Under the pieces are notes generated by a model that saw only the letters and a list, made by a program, of their open reading frames with translations, searched no databases and was not told where the DNA came from. Shown here piece after piece: positions 33,701 through 46,273 of a stretch of 64,000 bases of DNA. The stretch comes from Thecamonas trahens ATCC 50062 (taxonomy: Eukaryota; Protista; Apusomonadida): positions 165,782 through 229,781 of the forward strand of contig NW_013657624.1 of NCBI RefSeq assembly GCF_000142905.1, written 5' to 3'. The translations under genes and the position numbers were made by a program. The stretch's first letter is position 1. The number at the start of each line of letters is the position of its first letter.

Positions 33701-34748
33701 TGGCCACGCCATTGGCATATCGCCCAGCACACGCCCAGCCAGCGCTACCGCCACGCGCGGCCGCATCAGCCACGCCAACGGTCCGGCTCCCGCGCTGCAG
33801 CATGAGCTGCTCCCTCCTGCTGCCGAGCTGCTGCCTGACACGCTGCCGGCAGACAAGACCGGAATCGCAAGCAGTATCCGAACCATCTTGCGCACAATGT
33901 CGAGCATGGCGGCAATGGGCACAGGCGCGTTACGGGCATGCCGAGTCAACAGCGTTGCTAACGCCTCGACAAGCGCGGCCTCGTTGGCAGATAGCTGCTC
34001 TTCGCCAATGTCAGGCGGCAGATCGGAGCAGGGCGCAGGCGTTGATGGCGCTGGTGGTGGTGACGGTGATGATGTGGAAGGCTGCGGCTGCGGAGGACCC
34101 AACCGCGCCGCAAGGCGCTCCTCCAGCTTGGCGAGCTGATCGTTTGGAATCTCAGGCGCAAGCTGTGCCGGCGTTGACGACGTCATAGCGCCCCAGACAG
34201 ACGGCGGCGCTGTGGTCGGCTTGACCCGACGCCGAGCGCTCGAGCCTGATGCTGGCGACGCTGATTGCGCTGCGGGAGGCGCTGGTGACGGCGACACAGG
34301 TGATGTCTGCGCAGCCGAGCCAGCGGACGAGTGAGGTGATGCCAGCGGCACCCGCCGTGGTGATGAGTTCGACGAGAGAGCCGAAAGTCGCTGAGCGAGG
34401 AGAGGGCGGGCGTGGTGCGGACGGAGGCGTCGGTTGAGACGGTCGTGGCGGTCGAGACGGTCGAGTCGGTCGCGGCGGCGGTCGGTAGTGTGGTAGCCGA
34501 GGTCGTAGCCGAGAATGACTTTTGTTCGAAGTAAAGGCGAGCGGCAAGCGGTCGAGGAGGCAAAGGACTGCGTCAGCCGGTGATTTTTCCTGTGGTGATT
34601 GGCTGCATGCAGCGAGTGGCGCAGGAGCATCGAGCTGCTGGCGACGACCGTCCGAGTTGTCTTTGGCCAACGGTGGCGGCGAGAGGCCATGGACGGCGAG
34701 GTAGCGTGAGAGGGCAAGAAAGTCGTCATTGCCCAGCCACCGCTTCAT
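30711..34748 (-). CDS. CDAN1: Codanin-1-like protein with several single-base frameshifts (about 32885, 34383, 34548); termini uncertain
   Basis: RRRVKPT, FNNRE, KLSQLERRM, F[F]LVLDALDSHVF, LARMLGFLTFSP, AIPAVTAFF and WFFHQH segments occur in codanin order across frames. Confidence 0.65.
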
Positions 34749-35220
34749 GTCGAAGCGTATGCCACGTGGCTACCCCGGAGTTCCAAACTTGAGTCAAGTT
34801 GCGCCTCTTGCCCCTGGTTACAGCCTTTGCCCTGGTCAGCTCGCCCAAGAGCCGAGGAAGGCACAGGTCGTCAAAGTGCGACCTTTTTCGGATTGGAGCG
34901 AGCCGTTCGGTGACAAAGGTGGCACAGGCTGACATGACGGCCAGGTACACTGACGTGCAGCTGCCGTGGTCGGAGGACAAATCGTTTGCCAGAGGCGAGT
35001 ACGCAATCAATAAGCAGTTGTATCTCGCATTGCGTCGTTGAGGTATCGCAGTGGTGAGCTCTACACTCGCGATGCAGGCGTGACGCGGGCATGCGCGGAC
35101 GATCGCCATCTATGGATGGGTCTGTGACGAGAGTGTGGTTGATCGATGCGCGCGTGCGGTGCATGTGACGGCCGCAAAAGGGGAGAGAAAGACGGGGGAG
35201 GATGGGAGAGAGGGGCGGAT

Positions 35221-37899
35221 TCATGGACGATGAAAGTGGTAGGCCGAGGAGAACTGCGGTCGCTGGGCAGCCGATTGCGGGGAGAGGACGGGAGTGGACT
35301 TGTTGAGGAGCGAGAGCGAGGTTTGGGCGGCGGCGACTTGCTGGTGCTGGTTGATGACGGCGAGCGAGGTGGTGTCCTGATCTACTGGGTCTGGGACGGT
35401 GGTGGAGACCGAGGACTCGTCGTCGGCGAGCAAGCGATCGGCCTTGGAGAGGTGGTGCATGAGAGTGTCGCGGGCCTCGGACGAGATGCGGGTGTTGCGC
35501 TTGACAGTCGGGCCCTGGGATGGGCCGTAGGCATGGGCGAGATCAGTCTCTGTCGGCTCAACATCTGGCTCAGCGAGAGCAGCCATGGGCAGCTGGCCGC
35601 CGGCGGTGACCCAGGAATGGACCTTGATGTCGGCGATGGTGGCGCGGGTGGCCGGGTCCTTCTCGAGGAGGGCAAGGAGGAGCGACTTGAGGCCCGGCGA
35701 GAGGGTGACGCCTGCGGCGGCCTGGGCCGAGTTGAGCGGCGGGTCGGCGTTGCGGATCTTGTCGTAGATGGCAAACTCCGAGTTGGCCATGAACGGCAGC
35801 GAGCCGAGAACAAGCATCCAGAGAGTGATGCCGAGAGCCCAGACGTCGACAGCGTCGGTGAGCTGGATCGAGTCTTCCGAGACAGTTTCTGGGGCAAGGA
35901 AGGCCGGCGAGCCCTCGGTCCGCGCGACGGCGGCGTTCTGAGTCGAGAAGACGTGTGAGACGTTAAAGTCTGCGATCTTGACAGCATCGAGCGCGTCGAG
36001 CAGCAAGTTCTGTGGCTTGATGTCGCGATGGATGATGCCGGACGAGTGGAGGTACTCGAGGCCCGCGACGACGTCGCGAAAGTAGCGGCGGGCGCGGGCT
36101 TCGGACATCGGCTCACAGCGAATGACGTCGCCGAGGAGTGCGCCGCCGGGGACGTACTCCATGACCAGGTACAGCTTGTCATTGGACGGATCGTCGATGA
36201 CCTCGAACAGGCGCACAATGTTGGGGTGGTCGAGCTTCTTCATGATGGCGATCTCGCGGCGAACGTCCTCAAGGAGCGAGGCCGAGAGCAGACCGCCTTT
36301 GCGCTTGCGCGAGAGGAGGAACTTGTTGCAGATCTTGACCGCGACGCGGGTGCCGTCCTGGGCGTGGATGCCGAGCTTGACCTTGCCGTACGTGCCGCGG
36401 CCGAGGGTCTTGAGCAGAATGTAGTCATTAATCCACTTGTAGCCATCCTCGTCGATGTACCGCTGCAGGCGAGTCGTCGACTTGACTGAGAGCGTCCCCT
36501 TGCCGAGAGTTGACGGGACGTGCTGGTGCATGTCGAGCGAAACGACCGAGGCGCGGCGGAAGGCACGCTTGGTGTCGGCGCGCGGGCGCCGCTCGATGGT
36601 CGAGTTCATGGTGTTGAACGAGGACGAGGTCGAGGACGAGGACGAGTCGTCCGACGACTCGATGATGTCGTTGGTGACAGTGAGTGCGCTCGACATGGTC
36701 TTGCGCATGGTTGGCACCATAAAGTCGTCCGCCGACGCGACTGCATCCAGCCGCACAACCCGCGTCGCTCCGCCGGGGTTGGAGACTTTGTGCCGGACGC
36801 CGAGGCCCTTGAGCAGCTGCGCTTCAAGCTCGATCCATGACTCGGTCCGGCCGCCGAGCTTCTTGTTCTCAAAGTCAGTGATGATCGGGGTTGACGACCG
36901 GCGGCGGCGGAGGACTGCATCCGTCAGGCCAGGTGAGGGGCCAGGTAGTTGATGCCTGGCCGTGGGATTTGACCTTGACTCTGGCTCTGGCCTGGCCTTT
37001 GCCTTTGCCTTTGCCTTTGCCTTTGCCTTTGCTTTCGCCTTTGCCTTTGCTTTCGCCTTGGACTTGGATTTGGCCTTTGCCTTTGCCTTGGACTTGGCCT
37101 TCTTCTTCTTCTTCTTCTTCTTCTTCCTCTTCCGCTTCTTCCGCTTATTCTTGGTCTTGGTCTTCTTCTTGTCCTTTGCATCCTTGGCGCTCTTGGACAC
37201 TTTGGCGACGGGAGATGCAGCGAGGGCAATGCCTGACGGCTGCAGAGCAACAACAGACGATGAGGTGACGTGACCGTCAACGCCGGCCACCGCCCTTCCC
37301 GTGTCATCAGTGACGGTAAAGGGCTGCAGCCTTGGCTCGACCGACATCTGTTGACCATGGAGCGAGCCCGACGAAGTTCTGGCGATGTTGGTGTGGAACG
37401 AGTGAACGGCCGTCGAGCTCGAGCTCGAGCTTGTCTCTGTAAGGGCCAGCGACGAAGAGGCCGAGTTTGAGGATGACGATGATGCGGAAGCGGATGACGA
37501 TGCGGAGGATGACGAGGAGGACGATGATGAAGAGGACGAGTCTGACGATGCTGACGATGAAGAAGATGACGAGTCTGACGAGTCCGAGCATGTTCCTGGA
37601 CTTGCCACAGCATCAGCAGCCGCGACCTTGGCCGACGCTCTCAGCGTGCGTCTTGCCAGTGGTTGCTCCTCCGCCGTACCTGCTTCGATGGCGTTGTCGA
37701 CGTTGTCCACGTTGTTGGGGTCGGTATGAACAGCACGGTCAGCAGAATGGGTATGACTGGTCTGGTGAGGGTCGGCCTGGTGCGGGTCGGCCTTGCGGCG
37801 GTCGGTGACGACGTTGTTGGTCATAGCCACCTGCGCACCACCTCCTTCATCTTCACCAGAATTCTCCACACGCCCAGGCCGCGAACAACACGAGCCCAT
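35221..37899 (-). CDS. CaMKK/GRIK(SnAK)/Sak1-family Ser/Thr kinase with MGSCC acylation signal and poly-Ser/poly-Lys tracts
   Basis: INDY..LKTLGRGTYGKVKL, VAVK, REIAIMKKLDHPNIVRLFEVIDDP..DKLYLVMEY, HRDIKPQNLL, DFNVS, GSPAFLAPE, DVWALG. Confidence 0.92.
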   Translation of the reverse strand: MGSCCSRPGRVENSGEDEGGGAQVAMTNNVVTDRRKADPHQADPHQTSHTHSADRAVHTDPNNVDNVDNAIEAGTAEEQPLARRTLRASAKVAAADAVASPGTCSDSSDSSSSSSSASSDSSSSSSSSSSSSASSSASASSSSSNSASSSLALTETSSSSSSTAVHSFHTNIARTSSGSLHGQQMSVEPRLQPFTVTDDTGRAVAGVDGHVTSSSVVALQPSGIALAASPVAKVSKSAKDAKDKKKTKTKNKRKKRKRKKKKKKKKKAKSKAKAKAKSKSKAKAKAKAKAKAKAKAKAKAKARPEPESRSNPTARHQLPGPSPGLTDAVLRRRRSSTPIITDFENKKLGGRTESWIELEAQLLKGLGVRHKVSNPGGATRVVRLDAVASADDFMVPTMRKTMSSALTVTNDIIESSDDSSSSSTSSSFNTMNSTIERRPRADTKRAFRRASVVSLDMHQHVPSTLGKGTLSVKSTTRLQRYIDEDGYKWINDYILLKTLGRGTYGKVKLGIHAQDGTRVAVKICNKFLLSRKRKGGLLSASLLEDVRREIAIMKKLDHPNIVRLFEVIDDPSNDKLYLVMEYVPGGALLGDVIRCEPMSEARARRYFRDVVAGLEYLHSSGIIHRDIKPQNLLLDALDAVKIADFNVSHVFSTQNAAVARTEGSPAFLAPETVSEDSIQLTDAVDVWALGITLWMLVLGSLPFMANSEFAIYDKIRNADPPLNSAQAAAGVTLSPGLKSLLLALLEKDPATRATIADIKVHSWVTAGGQLPMAALAEPDVEPTETDLAHAYGPSQGPTVKRNTRISSEARDTLMHHLSKADRLLADDESSVSTTVPDPVDQDTTSLAVINQHQQVAAAQTSLSLLNKSTPVLSPQSAAQRPQFSSAYHFHRP

Positions 37900-38405
37900 A
37901 CGCTATATTCTCCACACAATCTCCTCCTCAGAGAGCTGTCTGCTTCTCGTGTCCTCGCTCTATACCTCTCCGAGCCACCGCTTGCAAGACTGGCTTGTCC
38001 CCCCCCCCCCCCCCCCCCCCCCCCTCCGGCCACCTTGTCGACACTCGTCGCACCTGTGGGATCGCTTCAGTTGTTTGGCATTTCGTGTGGTGTTACACCA
38101 CCTTACACCGCAATCGTCAAGGTCATCGAGGTCATCAAGGTCATCGAGGTCATCGAGGTCGTCGTGCTCGTCCCTCTTGTTGTTGTTGGTGTTGTGGTGG
38201 TGGTTGAGAACGGATGATCATAAGTGATAATGGAATTTGATGGGTGTGGGTGGAGTGATGGATGTGGGTATGGGAATGGTGTGGGTTTGGTAGTGAGATA
38301 AGGAGGTATCGTGAAAGGAGTGTGATAGGGTCATTGATGGGTGTGAGGGATGATTGGTTTGGTTTGGAGAAAGAGTTATGATCAGTGATGGGGAGGGGGC
38401 AGGGG

Positions 38406-38617
38406 GGGGAGCGAATTAATCAATGGAAATGATGAGGAATTAATGGTTGTCTTGGTTGGGTGGGGAGCGAATTAATCAATGGAAATGATGAGGAATTAAT
38501 GGTTGTCTTGGTTGGGTGGGGAGCGAATTAATCAATGGAAATGATGAGGAATTAATGGTTGTCTTGGTTGGGTGGGGAGCGAATTAATCAATGGAAATGA
38601 TGAGGAATTAATGGTTG
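38406..38617 (+). repeat. AT-rich 56-bp tandem repeat, about 3.8 copies
   Basis: GGGGAGCGAATTAATCAATGGAAATGATGAGGAATTAATGGTTGTCTTGGTTGGGT units start at 38406, 38462, 38518 and 38574. Confidence 0.95.
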
Positions 38618-38690
38618 ACTTTGAGGCTGTCCGTTTCACCACTTGTCGCCCCAGTTGTGGTGGAGGGTGGGCAAGGACAAGCGGGAGAGA

Positions 38691-41114
38691 ATGGAGGGAC
38701 TGAGCATTGTGACAGAAGGCGGAGAAGGAGCAGGGCAAGAAGTCATGTCTGACTTTGGTGACATGTCGTCAACACCGTCCTCACCCAACGTAGCAGCTCT
38801 CGCCACTCCACCCTCCAACTCTCGTGTGCTCCTCTCGTCGTCATCATCATCATCATCATCATCATCAGCATCATCAGCTGACATCGATGGCAACGACAAG
38901 GTGGAAGTGGCCAGAAAGAAGGAAAAGCTTCCACAGTCTTCGTCCCATTCCGATGTCCTTGCACGTGCCGTCGAGATGGTCGCCAACTACTCTCCGCATG
39001 ACGATCATGATGACAATGTCGACAAGCAAGCCGACCGCGATCACGGGCATGATGCCAACCGTGGTCACGAGCATGATGCCTACCACGGCCATGGTGATGT
39101 AGACGACGACGTGCGTCGGGCAGCAGCAGGCTCGGCGTCAGGATCAGGGCCACGGTCGGGATCGGGGTCGGGGTCGGACTCGGCCTCCGACTACGAGTCT
39201 TACTCGGGGTATTCGGCGAGCGGTGCGGCAGCGGCGGCGCTGATGGTGTCTGAGGGCGAGTTGACGCGGCGGTTGATGGAGTCAAGGAAGATGTTGACCG
39301 AGTCGCGGGCTAGCATGGGCTCCGAGACTGGGTCTGCCAACGGCGGGAGCGAGACAGATCGGGTGCCGGCGCCGGCGCTGCTACGGACGCGGCGATTGAG
39401 GGCTGGCTCGCGAGTCCAGTCGATGCGACTGGCGGCGGTGGACGAGTCGGAGGAAGAGCTTGCGCTGGACGCAGAGGAGCGGCTTCCGCTGGTACGGCGG
39501 GTGCTTGTGGCGGCGCACAAGATGCTTGTAGCGACGTTTGATGGCCAGGATGCACTCGCTGACGAGTCGCAGCGGCTGGCGGGCGTAGTGAGCGAGGTGC
39601 GGGCCAAGCTTGGCGAGGCGGGGCGGGACTCAACGGCGGTGGCGTCAGGCCTTGCGACGGTGGAGGTGCAGGCGGCGGCGCTAACGACGGCGACAACGCG
39701 AGTTCTACACATCGGAGCGACTGAGGAGAACTACGACGCGGTGGCGACAAGTATTCGCGAGCTGGTCACCGGGCTCTCGCTCTTGCTGGCGACGTTCCGG
39801 TTCAAGCGGGCGTTTGCCGGCGAGGGCGAGGAGGTGCTGGCGTTCTGGTACTCGCTGGCACAGGGCAACCCTCTGGTGGGCTCGTCGGACACGTCGAGTC
39901 GCCGCGGCTCGTCCGGCGATTTGATGGACATGTACATGGACGTGGCGCTCGGAGTGGCTTCCGACTCGCCGAATCCGCTGGTCATGCGGGTGGCGTCCGA
40001 GCTGGCGGCCATCGAGCGTCTTGCCCACGAGCACTCGACGCCCGGCGGCTCGGGCCGGGGCTCGTCGGCGAGTCCCGGCACACCATTCATGCCGGCCGAG
40101 CCTCCGGACGACGGCGAGTGGTGTACCGAGTCGACAATCGACGAGGCGCTGCTGCTTGCCGGTGGCTTTGAGCCCATCGATGAGGCCGACGGCGGACCGG
40201 GTGGGCCCGAGGAGGCGCCGGAGCCGCGCCAGCCGCGCCAGCCGCGCCAGCCGCGCGCGACGGGGCAGGCGGGCGAGCGGCAGCGGCGGCGGCGGCGCAA
40301 GGCCCGGGCAGCGTCGAGCATCAACACGTCGACGGCATCGTCGAGCTCGTACTCGACCACCTCGAGCTACTCGAGCAGCAGCTCGTCAACGGGCGGAAGC
40401 ACGAGCCGGAGCACGACGGGAGGAGGCCGGGCAGGCCGGGCACGGCGGGTTTCGACGTCAACGGACATTACGCTCTCGTCGATGGACTCGGACGTCTTGC
40501 GGGCAGCGCGGCAGGAGGGCACATTTGGGCGACTGGCAACGTCGTCGACAGCGGCGTGGGCACACGCTCGACTGGCAGCCCCCGAGCCGCTCAACCGGTC
40601 CGAGTCGAAGATCGGCGCGTCGGTGTTCCGGGTCACCGACGCAGCAGCAGCAGCAGCAGCAGCGGCAGAGCGAGCGCGACGCGAGGACGAAGCGCAGCGG
40701 GCGCAGCTGGCGGAGGCCGAGCGGCAGGACCGGATTCTTGTGGCGGCGCTTCTGCAGTCGCTGCGGAACCAGGACCAGCTCAAGGCGCGGCTGGCGCAGC
40801 AGCGGGCGAGGGTGTCGGAGCAGGAAGTTGTCAAGGCGCGGCTGGAACACAAGATTCAGACGATGAAGAAGCGTGGGTACATGCCGATGGCTGAGCGGCG
40901 GCGGCAGGAGCGCAAGCTCAATGCCTCGCTGGGCGGCGTTGCCGTCGGCGACGTCTCCGAGCTCCTTCGGCGGGCTACCCAGGACTCGCTCGACCTCCCT
41001 CCGCCCGAGTCGCTCGACGAGGAGATCGACATGCTCGAGGCTGAGCTCGGCACCATCGACAAGGTCCTTTCACTCGACGTTGTTCAACCGTATCTCTCAC
41101 AGCCGTCGTTGTAG
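38691..41114 (+). CDS. Hypothetical protein with helical-bundle region, Ser-rich linkers and C-terminal coiled coil
   Basis: 2.4-kb ORF with typical codon bias; no family recognised. Confidence 0.7.
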   Translation: MEGLSIVTEGGEGAGQEVMSDFGDMSSTPSSPNVAALATPPSNSRVLLSSSSSSSSSSSASSADIDGNDKVEVARKKEKLPQSSSHSDVLARAVEMVANYSPHDDHDDNVDKQADRDHGHDANRGHEHDAYHGHGDVDDDVRRAAAGSASGSGPRSGSGSGSDSASDYESYSGYSASGAAAAALMVSEGELTRRLMESRKMLTESRASMGSETGSANGGSETDRVPAPALLRTRRLRAGSRVQSMRLAAVDESEEELALDAEERLPLVRRVLVAAHKMLVATFDGQDALADESQRLAGVVSEVRAKLGEAGRDSTAVASGLATVEVQAAALTTATTRVLHIGATEENYDAVATSIRELVTGLSLLLATFRFKRAFAGEGEEVLAFWYSLAQGNPLVGSSDTSSRRGSSGDLMDMYMDVALGVASDSPNPLVMRVASELAAIERLAHEHSTPGGSGRGSSASPGTPFMPAEPPDDGEWCTESTIDEALLLAGGFEPIDEADGGPGGPEEAPEPRQPRQPRQPRATGQAGERQRRRRRKARAASSINTSTASSSSYSTTSSYSSSSSSTGGSTSRSTTGGGRAGRARRVSTSTDITLSSMDSDVLRAARQEGTFGRLATSSTAAWAHARLAAPEPLNRSESKIGASVFRVTDAAAAAAAAAERARREDEAQRAQLAEAERQDRILVAALLQSLRNQDQLKARLAQQRARVSEQEVVKARLEHKIQTMKKRGYMPMAERRRQERKLNASLGGVAVGDVSELLRRATQDSLDLPPPESLDEEIDMLEAELGTIDKVLSLDVVQPYLSQPSL

Positions 41115-41312
41115 AGCACAGCTGTGTGGTTGCCGAGCAACGATTGCAGAGACAACAAACAATCGTTGTCGATTACAGCATCAACAAACAATCGTTGGCC
41201 AGTCCCCACCACCCGACAGCTTGGCAACAATAAGTTCAACAACAAACAATTGATAGGCGGGCGGACGGGCGGGTGACTACCCACTTGACTCTGCCGCAGG
41301 ACGAAGGAGCAC

Positions 41313-44300
41313 ATGGGAGTAGGCAACCATGTCGTGCTCGGCTTGCTCCTGGTAGCTGTTGTGGCATGGAGTGCGTCAGGACAAGACTGCGTGCCCAAGG
41401 TCACATGCATCCATGGAACATACAACTGCATCACCACAAGCTGTGACTGTGACCCTGGTTGGCGTGGCGTCAACTGTTCACGTACGCTCAACCCCCTCCA
41501 GCCCCCTCCCTTCCCCCCTCCCTCCCCCTTCCTCCCTCCTTTCCCGCCCGAACGATGATTCCGTACAAGAGTTAATCGATGACGTGTCATTGCCTTCCAT
41601 ATGATGAGCATTAATCATGGCGTTCGTTCGTTTGTTTGTTTGTTTGTTCGTTCGTTCGGTTGTTTGTTCGTTCGTTCGGGGAATGTCACGCTTGTGCGAC
41701 GTGACGTCGTCCGGCTTCCCAACCCCTTCTTCCCCCCCTACTATGCGCATGAACTCACTGTGGAAGAACATTATGGAATACGGATGAACTTGGGTGATAT
41801 GTGTCACATATAGTGTGTATTCCGCCCACCCACAACAGCTCTGACACCAGCAGCAAGGCGCTGTTCCACGAGGTCATGGCTGTGTCGGGTCAGGCGGGGC
41901 GGTCGATGATGGCGAGTCGGGCGACGACGACGGGCGAGGCGACGACGAGCGGAGGCGGAAGTGGCTACAATCCAAGTATGGATGCGTGCTCGATGAATGG
42001 GCATGAGGCCAAGTGCTCGACGTCGCTCATGCCGTCGTTCAACACCTCGCATCAGCTGCAGTGCGATGTGCCGGATGCCTCGGTCTCCAAGCTCCTTGAT
42101 CTGCAGGATGGGATCATTGCGCTCGACTGCGTGACCAACGGGACAACGTGTGGGGTGTATGTGTGGCACCACCAGAACGGGCCGCCGGAGATCTTCAACT
42201 GTGTACTCGAAGAGTGCGGCTACGAGTACAAGGAGAACCACGTGACGCTCAAGTGCGCGACGACGAGGTGCGTGCATGGGCCCAACTGGACGCCGTCTGA
42301 AATTCTGGAGAACATTCTGACGTCGCTCAAGGGATGGATGTCGTTTGACTGTGACTTGCGGAACAATCACTGTGTGATGGCGCAGGAGGAGCTGCAGGAG
42401 CTCATTATTCCGCTGTCGTGCTACTCGGGCGATTGCGTGCCGTACGACTTTCATCCGCCACCGCAGTACTACCCGCCGTTCTGGACTCGCGAGAACAAGA
42501 TCATTGTCGGGTCGATTGCGGCGGCGATGGGGCTGGCAGCGCTCGGGGCTCTTGCGTACTACTTCCACAGGCGGCGGCAGGCGGCGTATGCCAGGCTGCT
42601 GGAGGAGACAGCGGTGCTGGACATTGACGCGCTTGCGGCGGACGAGCTCGACAAGTACATGTTTGATCTCGGCTTTGCGGACCTCAGCGTGGTGGTGAAA
42701 GACAAGACGATTCTGCGGTCTGCGAGCGGATACTGCGCGCCTGGAACAGTGACTGCGATCATGGGCCCGTCCGGCGCCGGCAAGTCGACGCTGCTCAACG
42801 TGCTCGCGGGGCGGATCTCGTTCTCGGACATGTCTGGGCAGGTGCTGGTCAACGGTCAGCCGCGGTCTACGGCGTTCAAGCGCATTGCCGGGTACGTGAC
42901 GCAGGACGACTTTCTCATTCCGACGCTCACGGTCCGCGAGACGCTCAACTTTCACGCGCAGCTGCGGCTAGGCAACTCGGTGTCTGCGGCGACGCGGGTG
43001 GCGCGGGTGGAAAAGGTCATTGCGCAGCTGGAGCTCACGCACGTGGCCGACTCGCGGATCGGCGACCGGCTCATCCGCGGCATTTCCGGCGGCGAGCGGC
43101 GGCGGGTGTCGATTGCCACCGAGCTGGTTACCTCACCGCGCATTCTGTTTCTCGACGAGCCGACGTCTGGACTCGACTCGTGCACAGCGTCGGCGATCAT
43201 GGCGACGCTGCGCGAGCTGGCGACAAGCTCTGCGCTCACGGTCATTCTCTCGATTCACCAGCCGCGGTCGTCGATCTACGCCTCGTTTGACAACCTCATT
43301 CTGCTCTCCAAGGGCTCGACACTGTACAACGGGCGGGCAGCTGGGGCGACGGGCCACTTTGCGCAGCTCGGGCATCCGTGCCCGCAAGACTTTAACCCTG
43401 CCGACTTTCTCATCGACTTGGTGACGGCGTCGCCGGCGACGACGCTCGACACGCTGGCGTACCACTACACGACGTCGCCGGCGGCGACGACGCTCAACAA
43501 TGTGCTCGACGACCTTGTCCAGCGCGGCATCTCGCCGCCGGTCCCACGGCGGATTGCGTCGCTCTCGCCTGCCGTAGGCGACGCGGCGGGCCTGCTTGCG
43601 CTCCTGCCTGGAGTGCAGGGCGCGCGGAGCGAGAACCGCGAGCGCACCGTTTCGGGGCGGCTCATCGACACCTTTACGATCGGAACCGAGGAGACCGAGG
43701 AGGGGAGCGAGCGGAGCGGGCGGTCACGGCTGAATTCGGGCGCGCCCGCGGTGCCGCGGCTGACGACATCAGCAACGTCGCTTCAGGCCGAGGCCGGGTC
43801 TGCCGACGGGCGCGGGAGCGGGCCGGCGTCTGCGCGTTCGGATGCGTCTGCGCGGTACGAGGAGGTGCTCGACGCGGCGGGCACGGGAGGCGACGGGAGC
43901 GGAAGAGGCGAGATGGTGCGTGTCTTTTACGACAACCAGGCACAGCTCTCGCCGTACGCCACGTCTGCACTTGCGCAGACATGGATTCTCTGCCAGCGAA
44001 CCGCGCTCAACGTGGTGCGCAACCCGGCGCTCGGGCTCGCGCACTACGTGGTCACCATTGTGGTCGGACTCATCATCGGCGGCATCTACTTCCAGGTTGG
44101 TGACGACTGGCCCGGGCTGCAGAATCGGGCCGGCTCTGTCTTTTTCATCATCTCGCTGCTATCGTTTGGCTCGCTCTCGGCACTCGAGCTCTTCATCGCT
44201 GAGCGTGCGCTCTTCCTCCACGAGCGGTCGAACGGGTGCTACCGGTCGTCGTCATACTTTGTGAGCAAGCTGGTGTGCGACCTCATTCCACTGCGGATTG

Positions 44301-44800
44301 TGCCGCCGGTCATCCTCGCCGTCATCGCCTACTATCTCATCGGCCTCCGGGCCGGGGCTGAGCACTTTGTCTGGTTCGCCTTTGTCCTCGTCCTCGTCGA
44401 CATCAACGCCACCGGCATGTGCATGGCCATCGGGGCGATTGTGCCGTCTGTGGCGGTCGGCAACCTCATCACGGTCCTGGTCATGCTCTTCTACATGCTT
44501 TTTGGTGGTTTCCTCCTCAACAAGTCCACGGTCGGCCCGCTCTTTATCTGGCTCAAGTACCTCTCGTTCTTCAACTACGGCTACGAGGCCGCGCTTGTCG
44601 ACCAGCTCAAGGGCACCGTCATCAACTTTGAGACCTCGCCGGGCGTCTCGGTCCTTCTCACGGGCGAGGCCGTTCTCGCCCGGCTCTCGCTCAACCCGGC
44701 CAACTTTGATCGCGACATCCTCATCCTCATCGGCATGGGTGCCGGTCACCTGCTGCTGGCGTATCTGATGCTTCGGGTCAGGGCGTGGCTGCGGCGGTGA
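41313..44800 (+). CDS. ABCG half-transporter with N-terminal EGF-like Cys-rich ectodomain (ADP1-like); exons 41313-41481 and 41814-44800
   Basis: Signal peptide; CDCDPGWRGVNCS/LC joined across GTACGC(41482)...ATAG(41813); GPSGAGKST, ISGGE, LFLDEPTSGLD, IHQP; multi-TM C-terminal domain. Confidence 0.93.
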
Positions 44801-44886
44801 GCATGGTAAAGAACGGTGTGTATGTGTGTGATATGCGTGTGTGTGTGTGTGTGTGTCTGGTTTTACTGCGGAGAGCACAGCATCGT

Positions 44887-46116
<1,230 letters not shown>

Positions 46117-46273
46117 CTGTGGGCGGGTTCAAGTCGAGTGTAGCCTTCTGAGCTGACGTCTGCTGGCTTGGGTCGCTGGGCGGGTTTTGAGCGGGTGGCG
46201 GGGGCGGGGGTGGGGGCGGGGGTGGGGGATGGGGGATGGGTGTGTCAGAGTGAGGGGAGGAGAGCGGGTGTAC

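Noticed and set aside
38406-38617. CRISPR-like array (also considered for 21395-21734 and 48460-49308)
   Set aside because: Units are head-to-tail with no unique spacers, there are no cas genes, and the context is eukaryotic.
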